DNA of 64,000 nucleotides from Octopus bimaculoides (Eukaryota), in assembly GCF_001194135.2 (NCBI RefSeq), contig NC_068985.1, positions 76,146,963 to 76,210,962 on the forward strand, written 5' to 3'. Positions 1-11,000 of this stretch are shown one piece after another. Within the stretch, counting starts at the first letter, position 1. Every line of letters begins with the position of its first letter. The position numbers and the translations under genes are program-made. The notes beneath the pieces are model-generated. The model was not told where the DNA came from and ran no database searches. It worked only from the letters and a program-made list of their open reading frames with translations.

Positions 1-506
1 TACAGTGTTCACAGAGCAAGAGCAGCACTCATGATGCTGGCATTTTGATAGCCAGCACATATCATCATGATACAAGTAACTCATTTCTAATATTTAGATG
101 GCTTCCAATCTTCTATGTCAGCTAACATTTTCTCAACTACAACTTTAATCTTTATGTTACTAAAGGCTGTTGACTTTTCATCAATACATCAAGGTGTTTC
201 TAAAAAAAAAAAAGAAAAGAAGACATAAAAATTTTAAAATTTACTCCAAACACCTTGTAGATACTGACTCTATTGCTAGCGATGTAATAAAATGAATATT
301 TTCCATGCTGGATGGCAGTCACATCAAGGCCAGTTTTCCTATTGTTGTGTGTGCCTGATGATGACACCTGTTCAAACCATACAAGCAAGAAAAGTTAATG
401 TATGGTGATGACAGTGATGATAAATATGATGATGATGCGAGGCATGTTTTGACTACTAATTCTAGCATACTTCTAATTATGGAATATCATACCATAGCAT
501 CTTAAC

Positions 507-970
507 GGCGATCTTTCGATACTAGTCCGTTACAACTTCCGGTCGTTGCACACACGCATACTGATTACATGATCGTATAGTGTGTTTATGTGTTTAAAGT
601 TTCAGTTCAGATGGCACCTTACTCACTCGCACCTTGGCCACACGTTTGCCACAGTATGAGGGCAAGAGCACCCATTCCTCTGTCCTTATTGCCTCTGTGG
701 AGTGCTTTATTGCTTCCTCCTCAGTTGTGAAGCACACCTCCACAGTGGCGTATCTCCTCCCTATACTGATTACATGATCGTATAGTGTGTTTATGTGTTT
801 AAAGTTTGAGAACTGTATGCATCTGAGGGGGAGAAGGTTTGAGTTTCTATTTAATGTTGTCTTTTCATATTTTCAAGTCATTGAAAAACAAACGCACCAT
901 ACGATCATGTAATCAGTATGCGTGCACGCAACGACTGGAAGTTGTAATGGACTAGTATTGAAAGATCGCC
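507..970. mobile_element. Non-autonomous TIR element (Mutator/MULE-like MITE) with 9-bp TSD
   Basis: ~80-bp TIRs starting GGCGATCTTTC at 507 and ending GAAAGATCGCC at 970; TSD CATCTTAAC at 498-506 and 971-979. Confidence 0.8.
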
Positions 971-1454
971 CATCTTAACAAAGAGACAGACACATTAGAT
1001 AATGAAGTCCTAAATACACCTCAGAAGACAAGGTGGATATGGCTGGAACATCTCTCATTCTAAATCTACTCAAGGAGAGTTGACCTACAGTTAAACAACA
1101 ACAAAAACACATCTTGAGCAGAATATATTCTTATAAAAATGTGATTGCTCTTTCACCTCATGTACTTTGTTTTGCCATTTCTTGCAAACAATATTTTCAG
1201 GGTTATCCTGGATTAGATGGAACTACAAAATTTTTGGATGGGATATTGAGTTTCCTTTCCCTTTTATGCAAACTTTCAAATTTAACCCAATTACCCTGTA
1301 CACCAGGGCTAAAGATCTGTATCATTTCTTATTTGGACTTGCTGCCATCCTAAGTGGGTAGTTTGTTCTATTTTCATATTGCATTTTTCACATTGCCTTT
1401 TCAATTACTGTGGTAATGAAGGAAGCCTCATTTAATATTTAGAAGCTTTTAGGC

Positions 1455-1650
1455 TGATGAGCTGGCAGAATCATTAACATACCAGGCAAAATGCTTAGTA
1501 GCACTTTATCTGTCTTTACGTTCTGAGTTCAAATTCCATTGAAGCTGACTTTACCTTTCATCCTTTCGAGGTTGAGAAAGTATGTACCAGTTGAGCACTG
1601 GAGTTGATGTAATAGACTTAACCCCTCCCTGAACTTGCTGGCCTTAGTAT
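1455..1650 (+). mobile_element. SINE with Nin/Deu-like central domain
   Basis: gctggcagaatc...ctgagttcaaattcc...cctttcatcctttcgagg...aagtaccagtt. Further copies at about 4380-4590(-), 20485-20700, 24515-24690, 28555-28700, 28770-28990, 29010-29190, 35535-35705 and 39345-39570(-). Confidence 0.7.
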
Positions 1651-3368
1651 TTACAAGCTCTACGTTGACTTCATTTAAAATTGCTTGTTACTTAGGGAGA
1701 AAACCAAAACAATGGACTTCAAAGATCTCTTATATATAAGACATCTACATATTCCAGCTAATGCAGACCCCTACAAATACACATATACACACACACACAC
1801 ACAAGTAATTATGTAGAGAGAGAGAGTGACATAGATGATAGACAGTTTGGTAGATAAATAGACAGGCAGACATACAGACATGTATGCATATGTTCATCAT
1901 CATCATCATTTAACAGCCACTTTCCACACTGACATGGGTTAGACGATTTGATTGATAACTGGTGCAGAGAGCTGCACCAGGTTCCAGTCTGATTTGGCTT
2001 GGTTTCTATGGCTAGATACCCTTCCTAACACCAACTACTCCAAGAGTGTATTGGGTGCTTTTCCCATGCCACTGACATGGGTGCCGTTTATATGGCACTG
2101 GCAGGGGCCACAACTATGATTTCACTTGGCTTGTCATACCACATGAGGCTTGTAAATAAGTATCACTGTCATACAAACAGCATTATCCATTTCCACTTTC
2201 CCTTAAAAATGTGTCAGGCCATTAGAAAAAATGAAAACAGATGAGGCTTGATGACAACAAATGCAGCCAGTGATTGAAAAATCCTCCTCAATGAATTCTA
2301 TTTGGTCCATGCATGCTTGGAAAAGTTGGCATTAAGTAGATGATGATGGAAATGGTAAAGAAGCACCCAGCACACACTGCTAAGTGGTTGGTGTTAGGAA
2401 AAGCATCCGGCTGTAGAAACCATGCCGCAACAGACAGTTGGAGACTGGACATCTTCCTGCTAACCAGCTCCATGTTAAATCGTCCAACCCATGCCAGCAT
2501 GGAATGTGGATGTTAAACAATGATGATGATGTGTGTGTGTGTTTGTGTGCATTTGTGTATGTGTATGTGTGCATGCACATGCACATACATATATATGTAT
2601 GTATGTAAATATGTATGCATGTATAAGCCTTGCAAATCTCTCACTCTGACTGTATACCTTTATTTTACCTCTCTGATACTATGAATTCCTGTGCTTTCTG
2701 CTACTTAACCAGATTAGATTCTGCTAATTCATCATCTAATAATCTACAGATAATTTGAAATAATTTCAGTCAGTATATATATTCTTTTATTCTTTTATTT
2801 GTTTCAGTCGTTTGACTGCAGCCATGCTGGAGCACCAACTATATGTGTGTGCGTGTGTATACACACACAATTAATGTGAGTTTGGAGGGATATATAATCT
2901 GGGTGGATGCCATAGTGGTTCTCAGTTATGTTCCAGGTTATGGCTAACTGCATTGATTAGTATCTAATGTTCATGACTACTATGAGTTGTCACTCGTGCT
3001 GTAAATTCCTCCGATGGGTAATTCTGTGCTCCCTTCTCTAGATGGTAATATTATCTGGAGTGTATATTAGCAATGATTATAACAATATAGAATATGGAGA
3101 TTTGTTCATTCTCAAAATTTATTTCCTTTATTTTGCAATTTCATACAACATATTTTATGGCTATTACAACCTACATGTTTTCCATACACAGAGTACAGGC
3201 AGTTGCATCAAAACTATCAAATGGACATATCCCGAATGAAGCTGCACAGAAAATTAAGCCATAAAAATGTGCTGTATGAAATTATAAAATAAGAGGAAAT
3301 AGATCTTGAGTATGAACAAGTCTCCTTATTCTATATCACTATAATTATTGCTACTCTCTCTCTCTCTG

Positions 3369-3417
<49 letters not shown>

Positions 3418-3469
3418 TAGATCGCTGACCACGACATTGAAATTTTTTTTCTCCTTGTTTTCTCCTTAT

Positions 3470-3506
3470 TCTTTCTGTTGAAGAGCGTAGCTCGAAACGT
3501 TAAAGA
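3470..3506 (+). ncRNA. Minimal type-I hammerhead-like fold with variant core (CUGUUGA), in a Penelope-like terminal repeat cut by a gap
   Basis: TCTTT-CTGTTGA-A-GAGC(GTA)GCTC-GAAA-CG-TT-AAAGA: helix I 5 bp, helix II 4 bp, palindromic AACGTT helix III, GUU triplet. Confidence 0.55.
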
Positions 3507-3682
3507 CTTTCCCTATTCCTGAGCATTAAACTAATACATCCTTTTGTTGNNNNNNNNNNTATATATATATATATATATTATGGACTTCTTTCAGCCTCTG
3601 TCCACCAAACCTACACACAATATAGAAACATTTCTCAAGGCCTCTACCATTTCCTAATTAGAAATCTTTGTTGTTTTGGCAG

Positions 3683-3803
3683 CATGAAGAAGAGTTGGAA
3701 GTTCAAAGGAAGTTAGAAGAAGAGCGTCTCAAACAGGAAGAAGAGGAACATCAGAGACGGAGAGAGCTTGGCGAGGAATCTGATTCAGAACCTGAAGAAA
3801 CTG
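3683..3803 (+). CDS. CFAP44: CFAP44 exon w1 (121 nt, phase 0 to 1)
   Basis: ggcag|CAT...ACTG|gtatga; [40 protein letters not shown]. Confidence 0.85.
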
Positions 3804-5809
3804 GTATGACTCTTTATTGGCTCTATTTTGGGGGAAAAAAACAAAATTGTTCCAACAGTTTCACAGAGTAAAAGACAGTGGTTTGAAATATCAGAACATG
3901 TTTTTTGAGGTTACATTTTTGTTTAGTTATTTATTTATTTATTCAATGAAAGGCCATGCTCCAAAATGTTAGAACTTCAGTCTCTTTATCAGCAATTTTG
4001 CTTTCACAACATCAATAATTTCTCTGGAATTAATGCTCTTTTTCTCATATTTACTTACAAATATCTTTTGTAGGGAAGAATGTTTTGTAAACTAAACTGA
4101 TACTGATATATTTTTCACATTTATTCTAATAAATTAATTGTTGATCAAAGCATATGATTAATCAATTAGTTAATTCATTAGAGTCCTTTCATCACAGTTT
4201 GTGACATTATCAATAAAGCACCTTCATCTGCTGTGCTTTCGTAACAGAAGAAAACCAAATGAGAGCATGGTATCAATAAGGCCACAAACTGCAATGAAAG
4301 AACTCTGACAAACCAACTGATTGATTGATCAAACAACTGATTAGTTAATTAGTTAACTAGTTGACTGATAATAATAATTACTAACATAAGCACAAAGCTG
4401 CAAATTTACAAGGAGGGTGTTATTAAATTGATTGATTTTTCGACTAGCTTTTCAACTGGTATTTATTTTATCAACTGTAAAAGGGTGAAAAACAATGTCA
4501 ACCTCAGTAGGATCTGAACTCAGAATGTAATGTGCTATGACCAAATACAACAAAACATTTTGTTTGATGCTCTACTGATTCTACCATAAGGGAAATGTGA
4601 ATAGTATGTATGTTTTTATTGGTAAACAACCCTCATTAACTACAACAATAACTTCATATGTACCAAGCTGAGTCTAAAGTTTTTTCATATCTCAAGCTTT
4701 ATTTAATAGTTCAAACTGATTACATACAAAAAGTGTTTATTCATCAAAATATATCCCATCATACTCTATTCTCTTTTGCCATCATTGTGCCAGAAGCTCG
4801 ATTCCATGCTTATACCATTTAGCTGATTTAGATGCAAGACACTTCCTGTACTCATTTTCAATCTCATCCACTTGTTGAACCCTAGTGTTGAGCCTCCATG
4901 CAGTCAATGGTCTATGGCTCTGAAAAGGTGCTAATTTGATGGTGTAAGGTCTGGACTGTAGGCAGAGTGAGGCAGCACTTTCAATCCCTCAAGTCCTTCA
5001 AGTTTGCACCTGGTCTCATTGGAAATGTGTTGGGGGCATAGTCTTGCTGTAAGAGTGTGTGTGTCTTTAACAGACCAATGCCATGTAGCAGGCTTTCAAA
5101 GCATCATATACTTGCTGCAGATGTTGGGCATAAAAGCTAGTGTTCATAGCATGATCATCTGGGACAAGTTCAAAATTCCACCAAACACACAGCATTCCCT
5201 TTTGTTCAAACCACCCTTGTTTAACAGATTCTAAAACCCGGGTGAAACAAAATCACTGATTTCTCTTATTAAAATTATGAAAATAGATCCATTTTACATC
5301 TCTAGTTACAATTTGATGCCAAAAATGGGCATCTTAAGGATTTACCAGCAGCTGTTTGTTAATGTTCACATGTCATTGAGAAATAACACATCTTATGAAA
5401 AATTAAAAAATATGCTAATCAAAATCATCAACATCCTCATCATCGCGATATCATGCCCACTTTTTCATGTTGGTATGAATTGAACACGTTTTCTGAGGCA
5501 GAGTTTTATGGCCAGATAATCTTCCTGTGACTGTCTTTTGGTTTCCTCTTATGATACATAAGAATACAATGTATCTATTTTAAAACTGGAGATCATACAT
5601 GACAAACTAAACCAATCACTACATGGTATCATCATCATTTTTACATTCACTTTTACATGCTTGCATGGGTCAGATAGAATTCCTGAGGCAGATTTTCTAA
5701 CCCTGGACGTTCTTCCTGTTACCATTCTCACTTGTTGTGATGGCAGTCTCTTACTGCTATCCCATGATATCAAGACAAGGAGGAATACACACATGCACAC
5801 AAGCAAGTG

Positions 5810-5849
<40 letters not shown>

Positions 5850-6931
5850 GTTTCTTTTATTTTCTGTCAATCAAATGCATTCACAAAGTTTTGGTCAGCC
5901 TGGCTCAAATGTGCCTCACAGTGGGACTGAACCGGAAACTATATGGTTGGGAAGCAATCTTCTTAACCACATAGCCATGGTTATGCTCACATTCTAAGCA
6001 CTGTATTTGCTAACATATAAGATGCACTTTTTTTACCATAACAATGTCTCAAAAAAAGTCATCCCAGGTCTTATATGCAAAGTTGAGTTTCCTATAAGCT
6101 TTTAACGCACTAAAAGCTTTTCTCCTAAATATGCACTGCTGAACTTAGGGTGTGGCTTTTATGCTGTCAAATATGGTATACACTCTAATGATAATGGTAA
6201 TAGTCTAGAAACATTATGATCTCATCAATGTTAAACAGATTTAAAATATGTATATGAAGTTTATTTTTATTTTCCTACCTCTTCCATTGCCTTGTATGAT
6301 TGTCTTGTCTTTGCCTGTTCTTTTATTTAGAAGAAAAAGAAGAATCTAAAGAAGAGGTAGTAGAAGATACCTGGGAACCGTACATCCCTGAAATCCCTAG
6401 TCCCATCTTATGTGGCATGTATTCTTCAGATGGGAGATCTTTCTGGTTGACATTGGTAAGTTCAAAACAATACATGATACCATCATTATTGCTTTAAAGT
6501 TAGCTATTTTTGTTTTATTCTCATGTTGGCACAGGCTGGATTTATAAATAGTAACCAGATTCCAATGCTGGAAGTTCAAGAACCAAATGAAGAGCAAATT
6601 TTCAATCTTGGGATTATCCTGATTCCAAAAAGGTATAATATGTCTATGCTGAGGAAACGTAAATTGAGATACAGGTGTCCTGGACGGACAGACAGAATTT
6701 TGTGTTTATTATTATAGATGTGTATGCATGTATGCATATGTATGAATAAGTAGCTTCCCAATCACGTGGTCCTTGATTCAGTCCCACTGAGTGGCACCTT
6801 GGGCAAGCATCTTCTACTATAGCCCTGAGCTGAACAAAGCTTTGAGAGTGGATCTGGTAACTGGAATCTGAAAGAAACCCATCTAATATTTATATCTATG
6901 CATGCATGTGTGAATGTGTGTGTGTGTGTGT

Positions 6932-6976
<45 letters not shown>

Positions 6977-7010
6977 TGCATGTGTACATACATATACATA
7001 ATTGCATAAA

Positions 7011-7048
<38 letters not shown>

Positions 7049-8013
7049 ATCATCATCATCATCATCTTTAATGTCCACTTTCTATGTTAGCATGGGTTGG
7101 ACGATTTGACTGAGGACTGGTGAACCAGATGGCTATACCAGGCTCCAATCTGATTTGGCAGAGTTTCTACAGCTGGATGCCCTTCCTAACGCCAACCACT
7201 CCAAGAGTGTAGTGGGTGCTTTTACGTGCCATCGGCACGAAGGCCAATCAGGCGGTAATGGCAACGGCCACGCTCAAAATGGTGTATTTTACATGCCACC
7301 TGCACAGGAGCCAGTACAGCAGCACTGGCAACGATCTCACTCAAATGCCTTTTCACATGCCACTGGCACAAGTGCCACGAAGGCGATGCTGGTAACGATC
7401 ACGCTCTAATGGAGCTATTTACATGCCACCAGCACGGAAGACAGACAGCTGCTCTGGCAACGATCACGCTCGAACGGTGCTCTTAGCCTCCACTGGTACA
7501 GGTGCCATCACGATTTTGCTTTCACTTGCCCCAACAGGTCTTCGCAAGGTAGGAAAGGTACACAGAAGTGGGCTGGCTACATCCCTGGCAGAAGCCTTGG
7601 ATTTTGGTCTCACTTGACTTGCCAGGTCTTGTCACACACAGCATATTTCCAAAGGTCTCGGTCAGAAGTCATTGCCTCGGTGAGGCCTAATGTTCGGAGG
7701 TCGTGCTTCACCCAGGTCTTCCTGGGCCTGCATCTTTCACAGGTTCCCTCAATTATATATATATATATATATNNNNNNNNNNNNNNNNNNNNNNNNNNNN
7801 NNNNNNNNNNNNNNNNNNNNNNNNNNNNNNNNNNNNNNNNNNNNNNNNNNNNNNNNNNNNNNNNNNNNNNNNNNNNNNNNNNNNNNNNNNNNNNNNNNNN
7901 NNNNNNNNNNNNNNNNNNNNNNNNNNNNNNNNNNNNNNNNNNNNNNNNNNNNNNNNNNNNNNNNNNNNNNNNNNNNNNNNNNNNNNNNNNNNNNNNNNNN
8001 NNNNNNNNNNNNN

Positions 8014-8050
<37 letters not shown>

Positions 8051-11000
8051 GATGAAGATAGTTATGGCCAGTCTATAGAGTTACCCAGGGTTTCATGTGC
8101 ATAAAGCGCTTAGCTTTAAGGTGTTTCTTAACACCCTAATGGCTAGTGGCCTTTAACCTCTCTTCAAAGTGGAATGGGAAAAGACCTTATAGCTACTTGT
8201 TGAACACTTGGACAAAGGGTTAACCAGGAAGGATTGTGTCCCTTAGATCACTATCCCTAAAGAATGTGGTCAGCTTGTGGGTTCCAGGTCTTAGTAGGTT
8301 CATAGGTACTGATGCATTTTCAACAGACACAAACTAAGAGTCCCTTTTAGTTGTGCCCCCAATGTTAAAAGTATTTTAGTTAACAACCCTAGACCATTAG
8401 TGAAAGTAGGATGCTTATGCAGGGACTACAGCATATCCCCAATGGGAGGCCAATGTGAATCCAAGGGGTTCATTTACAAAGCTAAGGTGGTAACTGACAC
8501 TAATGGCAGCAGCAACTTTCTCAACTACTACTACAGTAGCAGAAATGGCTGTATTAATGGCAGTGGCAACAGCTCTAACAGAAATAGCAGCAGCACCATC
8601 GCAAATGATGATGCTAATAATGATAACAATAGTAACAATGACAACAACAACAACCACCACCAGTATAGTACCAATAACAGCTCCAATTGCAATGACGAGA
8701 GCCATAGCAGCACCAACAAATCCAGAACCAACACCACCACCGATGATGTCCTCCCCTGTGCCAGTATTAACGATGCCAACACCAACACTAACACTAACAA
8801 CACCAGCACTATCAACAGAAGTTGCAGTGTCAACATCAACAGAAGTAGCATCGCCAGCAGTGATATACAAAGATACATTGGTTGTTTCAGAAACACCTTC
8901 AAGCAGCTCCTTTCTGACCACAGGTCCTCATTCAGGATCCCACAGTGTCAATATGCCACATCTTTTAGCCAGTCATGTGTGGTGCCTGAAAGATGAAGGG
9001 ACTCCACATAATCTCATAGAAGATCCTAGATGAACTGGGCCCCTACATCAACAGGAGAAAGTGTTGCAAGATGTACATAGCTGAATGGGTGAGAATATCA
9101 AAGAACTTCCTTGACCCGGGGAACATCTCAAATTCCAGGCCAAAAGTCTTCAGACTCTGTTTACACTTCAGGAGATTTCTATTGAAGTTCTGGAACCCAC
9201 AAGCTGACCACATAAATTATAGATAGCGATCTAAGGGAGACAATCTCTCACATTTAACCCTTTGTCTTTGTATTCAAGAAGTAATTACAAGGTCTTTTAT
9301 TGCTCCACTGTGAANNNNNNNNNNNNNNNNNNNNNNNNNNNNNNNNNNNNNNNNNNNNNNNNNNNNNNNNNNNNNNNNNNNNNNNNNNNNNNNNNNNNNN
9401 NNNNNNNNNNNNNNNNNNNNNNNNNNNNNNNNNNNNNNNNNNNNNNNNNNNNNNNNNNNNNNNNNNNNNNNNNNNNNNNNNNNNNNNNNNNNNNNNNNNN
9501 NNNNNNNNNNNNNNNNNNNNNNNNNNNNNNNNNNNNNNNNNNNNNNNNNNNNNNNNNNNNNNNNNNNNNNNNNNNNNNNNNNNNNNNNNNNNNNNNNNNN
9601 NNNNNNNNNNNNNNNNNNNNNNNNNNNNNNNNNNNNNNNNNNNNNNNNNNNNNNNNNNNNNNNNNNNNNNNNNNNNNNNNNNNNNNNNNNNNNNNNNNNN
9701 NNNNNNNNNNNNNNNNNNNNNNNNNNNNNNNNNNNNNNNNNNNNNNNNNNNNNNNNNNNNNNNNNNNNNNNNNNNNNNNNNNNNNNNNNNNNNNNNNNNN
9801 NNNNNNNNNNNNNNNNNNNNNNNNNNNNNNNNNNNNNNNNNNNNNNNNNNNNNNNNNNNNNNNNNNNNNNNNNNNNNNNNNNNNNNNNNNNNNNNNNNNN
9901 NNNNNNNNNNNNNNNNNNNNNNNNNNNNNNNNNNNNNNNNNNNNNNNNNNNNNNNNNNNNNNNNNNNNNNNNNNNNNNNNNNNNNNNNNNNNNNNNNNNN
10001 NNNNNNNNNNNNNNNNNNNNNNNNNNNNNNNNNNNNNNNNNNNNNNNNNNNNNNNNNNNNNNNNNNNNNNNNNNNNNNNNNNNNNNNNNNNNNNNNNNNN
10101 NNNNNNNNNNNNNNNNNNNNNNNNNNNNNNNNNNNNNNNNNNNNNNNNNNNTGAATATATAAAAATTCGGTATATAACTATAGTAAAGTTCATCTTGTTG
10201 TTGGATATATTGGTAGTCCTATGAATCACATCAATGTTTAAAAGTTCATCCACTGCAAATATTTCATCGTTAAATTTAGCTAGAGTTGAGAATATTATAT
10301 ATAAAAAGTTTTTGTCAGAAGATTCCATTTTAAATTCAATTTTAATTTAATTTAAATATTAAAAAAATTTTTTTTATCACTTATGAAGTAATATAATAGA
10401 ATCTAAGTTCAAATTCCTAAGCATTTAGATTAAACATTTATTTTTAATTTTAATTAATATATCTATGAAGGTATTATAGATTGCTATTATTAGAATTCCA
10501 TTAAGTGTCTACATTTAACACGCACCTATGTATATATATATGTATATGTGTAGATACTAGATATATATGCGTGTTAAATGTAGACACTTAATAATGGAAT
10601 TCTAATAATAGCAATCTATAATACCTTCATAAATATATTAATTAAAATTAAAAATAAATGTTTAATCTAAATGCTTAGGAATTTGAACTTAGATTCTATT
10701 ATATTACTTCATAAGTGATAAAAAAAATTTTTTAATATTTAAATTAAATTAAAATTGAATTTGAAATGGAATCTTCTGACAAAAACTTTTTATATATAAT
10801 ATTCTCAACTCTAGCTAAATTTAACGATGAAATATTTGCAGTGGATGAACTTTTAAACATTGATGTGATTCATAGGACTACCAATATATCCAACAACAAG
10901 ATGAACTTTACTATAGTTATATACCGAATTTTTATATATTCAGAAAAACATACTAATTTTTATAAAAAAATATATATCATTTAAAATTTCCACAAACGAA

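Noticed and set aside
200-388. Minus ORF faintly resembling piggyBac transposase
   Set aside because: Similarity is too weak by eye, and no TTAA-flanked TIRs were found.
1114-1361. Possible upstream CFAP44 exon after ttttcag at 1200
   Set aside because: No frame resembles the expected CFAP44 sequence and no convincing in-phase donor was found.
8415-9033. Mucin-like or membrane-protein-like ORFs (8503+, 8415-, 8531-) as host genes
   Set aside because: They arise from stop-poor triplet low-complexity sequence inside a Penelope endonuclease; there are no splice or homology clues.
10766-10984. [11 protein letters not shown]... occurring twice, as a duplicated gene
   Set aside because: Both copies are arms of one palindrome; no recognisable domain.
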